Assembly: GCF_001194135.2 (NCBI RefSeq)
Contig: NC_068990.1
Span: forward strand, 87,760,035 to 87,824,034
DNA length: 64,000 bases
Source: Octopus bimaculoides
Lineage: Eukaryota
Reading direction: 5' to 3'
Shown here in pieces: positions 13,608 through 27,600 of this stretch (its first letter is position 1; each line of letters begins with the position of its first letter). The notes below the pieces were generated by a model, which was given only the letters and a program-made list of their open reading frames with translations, did no database searches and was not told where the DNA came from. A program made the position numbers and the translations under genes.

Positions 13608-13997
13608 ATTGTTGTTGTTGGTACTTCGTCGCTTACGACGTCGAGGGTTCCAGTTGATCCAATCAACGGAACAGTCTGCTCGTGAAATTAACGTGCAAGT
13701 GGCTGAGCACTCCACAGACACGTGTACCCTTAATGTAGTTCTCGGGGATATTCAGCGTGACACAGAGTGTGACAAGGCTGACCCTTTGAATTACAGGCAC
13801 AACAGAAACAGGAAGAAAGAGTGAGAGAAAGTTGTGGTGAAAGAGTACAGCAGGATTCATCACCACCCCCTGCCGGAGCCTCGTGGAGCTTTAAGTGTTT
13901 TCGCTCAATAAACACTCACAACGCCCGGTCTGGGAATCGAAACCGCGATCCTATGACCGCGAGTCCTCTGCCCTAACCACTGGGCCATTGCGCCTCC
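13608..13997 (-). mobile_element. tRNA-derived SINE, full length, (CAA)n tail
   Basis: Minus head GGAGGCGCAATGGCCCAGTGGTTAGGGCAG...GGTTTCGATTCCCAG (A and B boxes). Tail ...CCCTCGACGTCGTAAGCGACGAAGTACCAACAACAAC. Confidence 0.85.
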
Positions 13998-14544
13998 ACT
14001 GTTTCAGCTATACTTCTCTGTAAATATGCAGCTGTTGTAAAATCCACAATCCTTCAGAACTTAAAATAACTTTATCATTACATTAAGAAAAATGCTGTTT
14101 TAAAGAGCAGGCAGAGTTCCATCTGCATATGAACGCACAACACGTTTTGCCAGGAGCCATGTTTTCAAACAGGTTCTTTCTGCATCCGGCTTTGGACCAA
14201 ACTCGCAGAACCTTTTGTCAAAATCATTTCGTTTTACGAATTACAGGCTTTCAAAGTTTTGAATGCACAACTATCTCTCAAAATTCTCAGCATCGAATAT
14301 GCAGAGAAGTGATTAACCCAATCGAAACCGGCTAACGCATACATACATACATATTTACATACATACATATTTACATACATACATACATACATACATATGC
14401 ATATGTGTTTATATAAACCCAACACACACACACAGATATTAGGTTTATTGTTGGTTCAATAAGAATTGAACGGCAAATACATATTTACATGCTTAAACAA
14501 AGCAAAACGTGCTAATAAAAGGAGGGGGTGCGTGTGTGCATATG

Positions 14545-14597
<53 letters not shown>

Positions 14598-15810
14598 NNN
14601 NNNNNNNNNNNNNNNNNNNNNNNNNNNNNNNNNNNNNNNNNNNNNNNNNNNNNNNNNNNNNNNNNNNNNNNNNNNNNNNNNNNNNNNNNNNNNNNNNNNN
14701 NNNNNNNNNNNNNNNNNNNNNNNNNNNNNNNNNNNNNNNNNNNNNNNNNNNNNNNNNNNNNNNNNNNNNNNNNNNNNNNNNNNNNNNNNNNNNNNNNNNN
14801 NNNNNNNNNNNNNNNNNNNNNNNNNNNNNNNNNNNNNNNNNNNNNNNNNNNNNNNNNNNNNNNNNNNNNNNNNNNNNNNNNNNNNNNNNNNNNNNNNNNN
14901 NNNNNNNNNNNNNNNNNNNNNNNNNNNNNNNNNNNNNNNNNNNNNNNNNNNNNNNNNNNNNNNNNNNNNNNNNNNNNNNNNNNNNNNNNNNNNNNNNNNN
15001 NNNNNNNNNNNNNNNNNNNNNNNNNNNNNNNNNNNNNNNNNNNNNNNNNNNNNNNNNNNNNNNNNNNNNNNNNNNNNNNNNNNNNNNNNNNNNNNNNNNN
15101 NNNNNNNNNNNNNNNNNNNNNNNNNNNNNNNNNNNNNNNNNNNNNNNNNNNNNNNNNNNNNNNNNNNNNNNNNNNNNNNNNNNNNNNNNNNNNNNNNNNN
15201 NNNNNNNNNNNNNNNNNNNNNNNNNNNNNNNNNNNNNNNNNNNNNNGAGGAGAAGAAGAAGAAGAAGTGGAGGAGGAGGAGGAGGAGGAGGAGGAGGTGG
15301 AGGAAGTGGAGGAAGAGGAGGAAGTGGAGGAAGAGGAGGAAAAGGAGGGGTAGGGGAGGAGAATGGTAGTGGTAGTGGTAGTCGTCGTGGTCTTCGTGGT
15401 CGCCGTTGTCATCGTAGTAGTGGTGGTAGTCGTCGTGGTCGTGGTGATGATGATCATCATCATCACCATGACGATGATGATTGTTATTGATTATAATAAT
15501 CATCCTCGTTGCAACGATAGTGATGATACGGATCATGTTGTTATTGTTAATAGTATATCTTAGTCGTATTATTTTGTACGCCCATATCTTCTCTTTCTCT
15601 CTCTCTCTCTTCACTCACTCGCTCGTTCCTTTTTCTTTTGATCTCATTTGTAGAACGTATAACTTAATTGTCCTAAATATGGCTAAAAAGAGAGAAAAGG
15701 GAATGCGTTGGTTTATTCAGAGGATAAGAAAAAAAAAACAGAAACAGAGAGATTGGGAAAACGAGAGAGAGAGAAAGAAATCGAGAGAAAGCCGTATAGC
15801 TTACAGTGAG

Positions 15811-15910
<100 letters not shown>

Positions 15911-16199
15911 CCATCAGTGTAATCAATATCATCATTATCATTATCTACTTCTATATAATCATCAGGTACCGCAAGCACATTCCTATAATCCAGCGAATTT
16001 GAATGTCCCTTTCTCAATACATCTGGAAATTAAGGAACGGAGGAGTCAAAAATGGTTCTATAACCTATAGAATAACGTTGAAGAGTTTCCTCGCACAACT
16101 ACAAACCAAGAAGTTACGTTACGTATTTATCCGAAAACTTCTGCATATTGACACAATGCCGAAGATCGTTCAAACGAAGAAAAGAAATTTTGTATTTTT

Positions 16200-17074
16200 G
16201 CCGTCGTCCCAGGAAATGCGGAGAAAATTTATCAGCTTGTGTAAGAGGATCGATCAATGACATTGCTGATGCTGTTAGTCTGTCGTATAGATCCGTGTGA
16301 ATTGAACATGCGGTGTGTGTCTGTCGAGTTTGTCCCCCACCTGCTGACCACTGAGAAGAAGGAACATCGCGTCGAAGTCTGTCGAAGTCTGTCTGTGCGT
16401 CAGCGTGTCGCTGATAACTCATCGATCATGTCGGGGATCATCGCCGGTGAAGAGAGTTGGGTTTTCAGGGTACGATCCTGAGACGATGCAGTAGTCGCCA
16501 CAATTGAAGAATTCTTAATCTCCAAGGCATGACAGAACCGCAGCTCAATCAAGAGCATGCTCATTGGTTTTTTTTGGGGGGAAGGGGCATTTTTTTCGAC
16601 ATCCGTGGTATTGTGCGTCGAAAATTCATCCCCCAGGGCCAGTCTGTCAATTGAGAATTCTACAAGGACGTTTTGAAGCGTTTGAAGGACATTTGGCGAA
16701 AGCGACCGGATCTGTGAAGCGCGAAGAATTCAATTCTTCACGACGACAATGCACTTTGTAACCGAGCTCACCTCATTCGTGAGTTTCTGGCCAAAAACAA
16801 CTTCATATCGCTTCCGCACCCGCCCTATTCACCAGCTTTGACACTTGCAGACTTCCATCTTTTCTCCAAGACTAAAAGGCAGCTCAAAAGTCACCGTTTG
16901 AACACGGTAGTCGAGATCCAGAGCTATTCACAGAATGTCAGGCCGGATTCAAAAAGTGGCAGGAACGCCGGCGCCAGTGTGACTATTTCAAAGGTGATGG
17001 CACTAAAATTTAGGTAAATAAGTCATTTTTTTTTAAACATAAATAGTCCGGGAACTTTTTGATACCACCTCGTA
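16200..17074 (+). mobile_element. Mariner transposase pseudogene with right TIR
   Basis: LNMRCVSVEFVPHLLT (WVPREL region), IIAGEESW, YDPET, HPPYSPALTLADF. Ends GGAACTTTTTGATACCACCTCG+TA. No left TIR was seen. Confidence 0.9.
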
Positions 17075-17336
17075 TGTTACCAAGTTACAAGGAGCTACTC
17101 CCTAGCACCAGCATCATCCTATGGAAGTCTACGTAACATTCCTCCAGCACGCTGTAGGCTAATTGAAATGGCTCTAATTAGTATTTTCTATAAGATACCA
17201 TTGAGTTCCGCTATTCATCGTATTGTCACCTAAATGATTACACATTGTGAGAAAGTTTGAATAGTTGTGGAACGATTCATCAACTTTGAGAGAATAAGCA
17301 CTACTCTGATTATATAAATGCACACACTAGCATGCA

Positions 17337-17427
<91 letters not shown>

Positions 17428-18444
17428 GCACACACACACACACAAATGCACACAGAAAAACATATATACATATATACATATACATATATATGTATGCATA
17501 CATATGTAACTGACCCGGAAAACATATGCAATTGACCCGGAAACTTTCATCATAGCTATAGGCAAAATGCATAAGGCGAAGGCATATGGAAGGGACCTAA
17601 TAGTTGGATACTAGTACTAGAGGCCGGAACTTTACAGATTAACAAGATACCTGAAACAATGAAGATCAACAAGTTCAAAGGGTCAATGGTTGCACAAAAC
17701 GCAAAAGATGACGAGCAGAACAAGATACCTTCCTAATTTTTATTATTTTTATTTATCAATTTTCTTAAGTACATTCAACGAAAGCTTTGAAAGATAAATT
17801 TGATAAGCGGAAAGGGTCCGGAAACAGGTTGGAGGTAGTGTTTATGTTTTAGTGTAGGTAGACTTAATTCGGTATCCGGTTTAAAACCACCACCTGGCCA
17901 TAAGGTGTCTTTATTGAAGTTCAGTTTGTTGCATGTATTCAAGCTAGATCTCCTACTTAAGGATAACTTCTTCCTTCTTTGCCAGAAATCGCAGTAACTT
18001 TGGAAAGAGTCATAAACATTGCCCTTCCTCTTCTGTTTAAAACATTAACAAAAATAAATCTCAACAACAGAAGTAAACGCAGAATAAAATGTCCTGCTAG
18101 AAAACATCACCAAAAACAATATGGATTGGTTTCAGGCCCTATCTACTTAGCTATGTCAATCAGATTGAGTCAATCTAATCCACTACCTCCTTCATTATGA
18201 TTGGAACATCCCGAATTTCGTTGCAGACGATCCTTCAGCGAGATACAGACGTAATATATGCTACCTACTTTCATTGTTTTCCTCTCGTCTTTTTCTTTCA
18301 GTTTTTCTTTTCCTTTTGTTCTGCTGCTTTCCTTTGTTTCCATCCTGCTTACATTCCACGCCTAACCTTCTCTGCCTCCCTGCTTAACCTACACTTGTCC
18401 ACTTATTCTTATCTACTTATCTATGCCCTCACCTCTCTCTGTTG

Positions 18445-18481
<37 letters not shown>

Positions 18482-19177
18482 NNNNNNNNNNNNNNNNNNN
18501 NNNNNNNNNNNNNNNNNNNNNNNNNNNNNNNNNNNNNNNNNNNNNNNNNNNNNNNNNNNNNNNNNNNNNNNNNNNNNNNNNNNNNNNNNNNNNNNNNNNN
18601 NNNNNNNNNNNNNNNNNNNNNNNNNNNNNNNNNTATATATAGACACGCACACATACACACTTACACACACACATACACACACATATATATATTTGTGTGT
18701 ACGTATGTATATATCTTTCTCCCTCTCCCTTTCTGTCTTCAGTTCAACTATCAACTATCTGATCAAATATCCATTTTATTGATCATTTTACAATGGAGAA
18801 CTGGCTTCCTAAAACAATAAATCACACGGATTCGAATTCTTCTCTCGCTGCCCCATCTTTCTCTCTCTTTCACTCTCTTTCTCTCTTTCACCCTTTCTTT
18901 CTTTCTGTCCTTTTTCTGTATCTCTTTCTCTCTCTTTCCACACAGTACCCCCCTACAGTCACGCAATCGTGCCTTCCTCCTCTTTCAAAAGATACATATG
19001 TGTGTTTATGCGCCTGCCTCTGTGTGTATGTTTGTGCATGTGAATGTATGGTCTGCACATGCAACTCTATTCGTTAGAATTTATTTACAGTCACACAAAC
19101 ATAAATGCATACAATATATACAAATATACATACACACACATACAGCCATACATATAAGAGACTGACAGAAGATAGAC

Positions 19178-19219
<42 letters not shown>

Positions 19220-20058
19220 CGACAGACGAAGAAGTATCCTCTTATTTTAACCTCATCTGTTGTCCCTTATCCATCCATCCATCCATCCATCCATCCCTAT
19301 TCCCCCTTCTGTATATCTTCATTCTCGATCTGTCTCACTTCCTCCATAGTACCACCACCACCACCACCATCACCACCACCACCATCACCATCACAGTCAT
19401 CATCACCACCACCATCACTATTACTATCACAACCACCACCACCACCACCACCATTATCTTATTTTTCTTCTTCAGCATTTGATTAAAGACTGTATTTACA
19501 AAACTATAATAACAGTTAATAACAGAGCCAACCCTAGCAAATTGATAGACGTGAAACAATGTTCGCATCTATATAGCGTTTCTCTTTGTAATGAACCATT
19601 GTTCCAATCTTATCACCGCCCATTTATATAAAATAACACATTTCGTATAATTTTATATAACATATTTTATATAATATATTATATATAATATATTTTTATA
19701 TAAAATATGCAACGTATTTATCCAACATGATTTCTGAAACATATCTATGCCAAATGATGTTTCTGTGACATGTTTATATTCTCGTTGATACATTGCTATG
19801 AGATATTTATGAATTACTAGCGGGAGACATTGAATTTTCACTTTTTTATAAATGTTCTTATTTTATTTTGACGAATAGACTTATGGAATTTTATAACATT
19901 GTTTCATTATGTTAAATTTTTCGAGTGTGCTTACGTTTTCGACCTAAAGTCAAGCTTGTTTAAAGCATAACACTTAGATTTTGTTCATTATTTAAATATA
20001 CCAGCTGAAAACAGGTAAAAAAAAAAAAACAGAATATTACAGTAGATGATTTGTAAAA

Positions 20059-20111
<53 letters not shown>

Positions 20112-20925
20112 AAGACCTACTTATTACGTTTGTGCGCATAAAGATGTGAGGACTTTTAGAAATAGTCTTGCAAACATATATTGGACTGCTTTCACATGTG
20201 TCTAAGAGGAGAATTATATATATATATATAAGTAAATATCTGAAGTATTTTTACAGAATTAGTGGTTTTTTGAAGCTGTCGCTTTGATTTTTAGCAAGCG
20301 GTATTTTTACCCTTCTTTTCTTCTTTTCTTCATATATTTATACACATATGTATATTTCTGTGTATCATACTTAATGCAGATACATCGAGAAAAGGCAAAT
20401 TAACTGCGGTGTTCGTCCAGAGATAAAGTTTTATGGTCATATGGTGTTTAAAAACAGAAATATATCAGTTGCAAATGAACATTGTCCAGCAATGGCGGTG
20501 AGAATGCTTGATGCGCATTTTTGCCACGTTTAGCTTTGTCACATGTGATTTTTCAGTTACTATTATACTATATGGTGGTAGATTTTATCTTTGCATGCAA
20601 CTGACAGGGTGTACATACTACTGGCAAAACCCACGGATAACGAAACGAGGGTCTTTATTGGATTTCAGCTTCTACTGAACAATTTAAGTCTACTACTGAT
20701 ATTTGTGTTTTAAATATTGTACGTTCATAACAAAATATTATCTCCAGAAGAATACTGTAGTTTATCTGCCTTTTCACGGAGTATCTGCATTGTGTATGAT
20801 ACAAAATTGACTATTTTAATCTAATACTGCTTCTGCGATACATAACGGATTTTTATTCAGCTGGGTGGTTAATTGCAACACCAGTGAATTTTCAGTAATT
20901 GTTTTTCAATATCAATGATGACATA

Positions 20926-21049
20926 CGAATGAGTTCCCAAAAGAAACCGGAATTTTGCTGTAATTACTGTCAAAGGTGGTCCTACTCCATATTAAAATAA
21001 ATTTGTTTGAAATTTTAAGGTGTTTCCATTATTTTGTCCAACCCCTGTA
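20926..21049 (+). mobile_element. Short composite: mariner-like left end plus Tc1 right end
   Basis: TA+CGAATGAGTTCCCAAAAGAAACCGGAA, followed by TGTCAAAGGTGGTCCTACTCCATATTAAAATAAATT (matches 26175-26208) and CCATTATTTTGTCCAACCCCTG+TA. Confidence 0.7.
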
Positions 21050-21125
21050 TGAGTGTGATGAATTTCATGCTTCAAAACGTTGCTTACTTTTTACTCAGCC
21101 TGATACACACACATACACACACACA

Positions 21126-21159
<34 letters not shown>

Positions 21160-21594
21160 NNNNNNNNNNNNNNNNNNNNNNNNNNNNNNNNNNNNNNNNN
21201 NNNNNNNNNNNNNNNNNNNNNNNNNNNNNNNNNNNNNNNNNNNNNNNNNNNNNNNNNNNNNNNNNNNNNNNNNNNNNNNNNNNNNNNNNNNNNNNNNNNN
21301 NNNNNNNNNNNNNNNNNNNNNNNNNNNNNNNNNNNNNNNNNNNNNNNNNNNNNNNNNNNNNNNNNNNNNNNNNNNNNNNNNNNNNNNNNNNNNNNNNNNN
21401 NNNNNNNNNNNNNNNNNNNNNNNNNNNNNNNNNNNNNNNNNNNNNNNNNNNNNNNNNNNNNNNNNNNNNNNNNNNNNNNNNNNNNNNNNNNNNNNNNNNN
21501 NNNNNNNNNNNNNNNNNNNNNNNNNNNNNNNNNNNNNNNNNNNNNNNNNNNNNNNNNNNNNNNNNNNNNNNNNNNNNNNNNNNNNNNNNNNNNN

Positions 21595-21658
<64 letters not shown>

Positions 21659-23600
21659 ATGTGGTTGTGTGTGCATGTGTGTGTGTATGTGAGTAATACT
21701 ACGCTTGAGTCTTTGTTTGTTCAGACATGAAGTACACTTTACTGTGAGAGTTCACTCTATCAATAGAAGGGAAAAGACAATAAGTAAACTTTTCATTGAA
21801 GTGGCATTAAATGAAATGTTTCACTGAACTCGCTCGAACAATCGCCACACCAGCAACGCCACCACCAAACCAACACCGCCACCCAAACATCACCACTACT
21901 ATAACTACCAAGCCACCGAATCACTGCCGCCACCATCACCAAACTACGAATGAATAAATAGTCTCCACGAATGCTAGTGTTTATATCTGGTTAATTAAGC
22001 TGCATTTAAACAGCAGTTTGTTTTAGTGAACTAATCACTGCATACACCGGCTTCTTGCACTGATCGATGTGGTTGGTCAGTTTGCGTGAATCAAACACGC
22101 CAACGGGTCTTATTACATTAAACAATTACATACGGAGATTTGCTCTTCCTTCTCCTCTTCTTCTACGGATTTCATTCGTGACATAGTTTCATGCAGCCTA
22201 TCAACTTTGGCTGGCCATACTGGAGTGCCACCATTCTTCGTGGTTATTGATAGCAGACTCCTTTTTTTTTTCTTCATTCCCCCCCCCCCCGCTTAAATAC
22301 GTATTCCGTGGGGGCAGAAGAGTTTTACAAACATAGACACATTAACAAAAATTCAACCACTGCATATACATACATACAGATAGACAGACAGATAGACAGA
22401 CATGCATACATACTCACACATACACACACACATACATGTATACATGTATATATACATACATATAAACATACATAACCTAATACACACACAGACATCTTAT
22501 GTATGTATAGATACGTATATACGTACACATACACATACGTATGTATACATAGTGTAAGTCAAGAACTGAATCGACTGTCTCCCTCTCCTCCCCCTCCTCT
22601 CTCTCTCTTTCAAAATCTTTTACACAACACTGTAAATAGGTTGTAGGCCAACCACTCATAGTTTGTGACTAGTAACTTCTCATTTAGTATGATACAAAAA
22701 CCATCCAAACTAACCCAAGAAACATGGCAGCCGTATACAGGTTGCTCTGTTCTTCGACAGTACCGGACGATAATGTAACAATCTAAGGCCCTAAAATAAC
22801 AAGACAGATAAGAAAAAACTCTGTCTGTACATTTCTGGTTTACTAAATGAACTTGTTACTGCCAGCTCTAGAGTTTAATGCTTACCTCACCCTGATTTAT
22901 CCTCAAACTGGCTGTGTTTAACACAGTAAAAGAAGAAGAAACTTCTTGGTACAAATTCAATGACTCAACAACGGTTATGGAATATTTTTGTTTCATTCAA
23001 TAAATTTATATTTATGAAATGGAATCATCAGTGTGTGCGTGTGTGTGTGACTCGGTCGCCATATGGGCAAAGTCATCATGGAGCGTGGACCAGTTGATGG
23101 GAGCATACAGTTATGCTGAGTATGGTACTTAGTTAAGTGATATGACACAGAACAGTTTAATTGCGAAGTTTTCGCCTGGAGAAGGCTATTTTCCATAGCT
23201 ATCAGTCCTTCTGAATCCCGTGAAACAGGCGCGACCACAGATAAAAACCGCAGAGCTTTACCACATTCTTGTAGAAGTGCCAAACTTTCACTTGCAACTA
23301 TCCTCCTCCTCCTCCTCCTCCTCATCATCATCATCATCGTCATTATCTCCTCCTCCTCATCCTCATCCTCATCCTCAAACTACTACTACTACTACTACAA
23401 ATGCTACAGTTCTCTGTTCTCTGATTAATTGACGGGCGATATAGTTTGGATCGGTTAGATTTCCCTTTCTGCCAAATGCTATAATCAACATCTTTGCTCG
23501 GCATGTTTGTAACTTAGGGGTCTCTGTATTCCCTCCTTCACGTATATCGATTGCAACCAAAAAATACCCTTTAACCCTCTGCCACTTTCTCTGTTAGTGT

Positions 23601-23661
<61 letters not shown>

Positions 23662-23723
23662 NNNNNNNNNNNNNNNNNNNNNNNNNNNNNNNNNNNNNNN
23701 NNNNNNNNNNNNNNNNNNNNNNN

Positions 23724-23771
<48 letters not shown>

Positions 23772-25095
23772 TAATATATATTCTTGGTGTCGCTCTTTCT
23801 TTCTTGTTTTTTTTTTCTTTCGCTCTCTTCTCTAAATTTTGTTTTATGTTGCTTCTAATGTTCTCTTATGATTTCCTACTCACACTCTCTTTCTCACTGT
23901 CTCTCTTTCTCGCTCTCTCTCATTCTTTCTTTCTTTCTCTCTTTCACACACACACATACTACCCCATCCCCTTTTTTACCCGTTTCTTTCATTCTCTTTC
24001 TCTTTTTCTTACTTTTTTCCTCCTCCTCCTCTCTCTTTCTTTCCTCTTTTTCTGTCTCCCTGTCTCTCTCTCTCTCCTTCTCTCCCCTCCCTCTCTTTCC
24101 ATCTATAAGTCACACTCTCCTCTCTTTAACCCACCAACACACGCACACTACCCACTGTCACTATCACCATAAGCCAAACCCCTAGTACCCACAGAAACAC
24201 GCCCAGCCATGCACAATGGGCCACCGCCATTTACAAACATAGCCACCATTACACGCAAGCGCCACCATGATATTCCTTGTTTCACTTGCATACCACCACT
24301 ATCATCAACAGCACTATGACACGCACCACCAACAGCAACAACAACCAGACGACTATTACAGACAACCATCATCCCATAATCATAGTCGCCAACACACCAC
24401 CACCACGACTACCATAGACATAAGCATAAGCTGCAACACTATGCCATCCCAAACAATTTCTTAATTCTTGCTAATTTCCCAATACAACACTTTTATATAG
24501 TTAAGCGAACGAGAGACTAAAATATACATAGTCACGATACTTATAGTCTAAATATACGTGCTAAAGCTAAGTATAAACTAGATATGTGTATTTAGACTAA
24601 CTATATATATCATATGCGTTTTGTTAGACTAAAAATAGTCCAATGAAAGTAGCTAGGCTAAAAATAGACTACAAATACTGTATCGCTTCACATATGAAAT
24701 AGAGTGAGTTGAAAAGCTTCGATTAACTGAGATTATCCATGCGATCAATAGAAAAAACAAACCTTTTATGGGTGATTAAAATAGAAAAAATAAAGCTAGC
24801 AAAAGAAATAGCTCCAATAAGATCTGTTTATCGAAATTTTTGAATATGTGTGTTTATATGAGTCTGTGCATTCATATATATATATATATATATATACATA
24901 NNNNNNNNNNNNNNNNNNNNNNNNNNNNNNNNNNNNNNNNNNNNNNNNNNNNNNNNNNNNNNNNNNNNNNNNNNNNNNNNNNNNNNNNNNNNNNNNNNNN
25001 NNNNNNNNNNNNNNNNNNNNNNNNNNNNNNNNNNNNNNNNNNNNNNNNNNNNNNNNNNNNNNNNNNNATATATATAGGTAGATAGATAGACAGAC

Positions 25096-25132
<37 letters not shown>

Positions 25133-25142
25133 CATACATACA

Positions 25143-25175
<33 letters not shown>

Positions 25176-25291
25176 TATATATATATATATACACATATAT
25201 ATATATATATATATATACATACATATATCATATATATATATACATACATACATGTATTTATCTATACACACACACACACACATGCACACAC

Positions 25292-26226
25292 ATGACAGCC
25301 TTTGAGAAAGAGAGAAAAACCATCTCGTCGAAACAAAACTCCGGAAGAAAACCAAAACTTTCAGATAGTGTCCGTCAGAATCTTATGCAAATTGTTAGAA
25401 AGGATCACAAAAGCACAGCTCCCAAAATTATTGCAGAGCTTAATGACCACCTCCAGAACCCAGTTTCCACAAAAATTGTTCGCTGGGAGCTGCACAAAGC
25501 TAGATTTCATGGGAGGGCTGCAATCAGGAAACCACCACTTTCAAAAACAAACGTTGCAAAGCGTATAGAGTGGAATAAAAACCTACAGAATTGATCCCTA
25601 GAGCAGTGGAAGAATGTTATTTTCTCGGACGAGTCATCCTTTACCTTATTTCCGACCACCAGACGAGTGTACGTGTGGAGACAACCAAAAGAAGCATTTG
25701 ATCCAGACTGCCTTCTTCCAACTGTTAAAGATGGAGGAAGATCTGTGATGATCTGTGATGATCTTAAAAATTCGCAGGCCCAAAGGTTTCCCTTCAAGGC
25801 AGAATTAATAGTCAAGACTATTTAAGCATTTTATCTGATCAAATTCATCCTATTGTTGAGGAACTGTTTCCGGAGGGAAATACAATCTTTCAGTAAGATA
25901 ATGCACCAATTCACACAGCTAAAGTTGTTACTGAATGGCCCGAGGAACATTCTAGTGAAGTTGAACATCTTATCTGGCCACCGCAGTCCCCAGATCTCAA
26001 TATTATTGAACATTTATGGTGCATTTTAGAAAAACAAGTCAGGAGTCGATATCCTCCACCATCATCACTACAAGAACTGGAGACTGTTTTAGCTGAAGAA
26101 TGGACAAAAATTCCTTCGAAAACAATTCAAACTTTGTACGAGCCCATACCTCGTAGAATTCAAGCTTTAATTATTGTCAAAGGCGGTCCTACCCCATATT
26201 AAAATAAATTTTCCGGAAATTTTAAG
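25292..26226 (+). mobile_element. Tc1-like transposase pseudogene (DD36E spacing)
   Basis: GRKPKLS, KPPLSK, VIFSDESSF, Q*DNAPIHTA...WPPQSPDLNIIEHLW...KGGPTPY*. In-frame stops and an internal deletion. The 3' end runs into an N gap. Confidence 0.93.
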
Positions 26227-26399
26227 NNNNNNNNNNNNNNNNNNNNNNNNNNNNNNNNNNNNNNNNNNNNNNNNNNNNNNNNNNNNNNNNNNNNNNNNNN
26301 NNNNNNNNNNNNNNNNNNNNNNNNNNNNNNNNNNNNNNNNNNNNNNNNNNNNNNNNNNNNNNNNNNNNNNAGAGAGAGAGAGAGAGAGAAAGAGAGAGA

Positions 26400-26567
26400 A
26401 AAGCAAGGGAGTAACGCCGGAATATTAATTAAGTTCACATGCATACACTTCTATGCACATGTGTGTGTTGCGTGTGCTATGAGTGTGTTTGGTGCTTCAC
26501 TATCCAAAGAAGAAAGTACTCAATATATCATTTGCACATCCAAGCAAACACACACACACATATACGC
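26400..26567 (+). repeat. Local direct duplication, copy 1 (copy 2 at 27992-28151)
   Basis: AATTAAGTTCACATGCATACACTTCTATGC...GGTGCTTCACTATCCAAAGAAGAAAGTAC is present in both copies, roughly 90% identical by eye. Confidence 0.92.
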
Positions 26568-27369
26568 AAAGAATGGAGTAAGTGGAGTAATAACACACAC
26601 GGAAACGAAAAGTGTTGCTGAAGAGGCCACAGATGTGCGACGAAAGATTTCCGGACAATGGACAGACGTTAAAATATATATATAGTGGGTGTGTTTATTT
26701 GGCAAAAAAAAAATAATAATAATAATGATAAATGAAATAACCATCCCGAAATACAACAGTATACATGTATATGTATGTGCGTGTGTATATATATATGTTT
26801 GTTTTTGTGTCGAATGATATATAAAAAGAATCTTACATTAAACAGAATTACTCAATATTCCTGATAGTGATTTCGAAGTTTCTTCTTCTTCTCTGCCTTC
26901 TACTTCATCTTCATTTATCCACCCCCTCCCCTCCTCCTCCTCCTCCTCCTCCTCCTCTTCCTTCTTCTTCTCCTCTTCCTTCTTTTACTACGTCTTCTTT
27001 TCTCCTCCCCCTTCTTCTTCTTCTTCTTCTTTCGACTTCAGTCGCGCATGATGACAGCTGAACCGCATGTCTCGTTAATTATAGAGATTTTGTTCTGCGT
27101 TTTCCAATATGATGCTTTCGGAAGCTTAATAGTGCCTGTGGTCTCTGCCACTCGCGTGAATATTGAATTCGTTGCTGTTAACACCTTCATCTGCCGCAAA
27201 ATCAAAATAAAATGAAACCGTAAAATACTTCCGTATATGTGAGTGCCTATGCATGCATGTGTGTGTGTGTGTGTGTGTGTTCTCTTTTTTCTTTTTAATT
27301 TAGACTTAATTCTGACTGGCCACTTGTTTGGTTGCAAGGTTATGAAGCTGAAAGTCTACCTCCTTGGGT

Positions 27370-27600
27370 TGGAAACTCCTTATCAATTGTCCGAAGCTAA
27401 CCTCTTTCTCTTGTATTTTTCCAACTACATTGGTGTCCAGAGGGCAGCTGATTTCCATGACTGAGCATGTCTTTTCCTTGTGGGTTCACACAAGAATATC
27501 AGACCAGTCGCATTTTAACATGTTTTTATGCTTAAGTTCCGCCAGTATTCTTCGGATCCATCGGTCTCAATATAGTCAATATCATGTTAGTGTTATCATC
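27370..27600 (-). mobile_element. Decayed RLE-type LINE endonuclease fragment
   Basis: EEYWRNLSIKT...KEKTCSVMEISCPLDTNVVGKIQEKEVSFGQLIRSFQ. Confidence 0.75.

Noticed and set aside
19660-19712. 13-bp inverted repeat CATATTTTATATA/TATATAAAATATG
   Set aside because: Almost pure AT low-complexity sequence; expected by chance.
22886-22911. Minus-strand 26-nt (or 22-nt) micro-exon with donor GAG|GTAAGC
   Set aside because: Good splice sites, but not frame-preserving and with no supporting partner or homology.
23130-23430. Apparent transmembrane segment (SAKLSLATILLLLLLLIIIIIVII)
   Set aside because: The hydrophobic run comes from (CTC)n(ATC)n microsatellite; no start codon or acceptor supports an exon.
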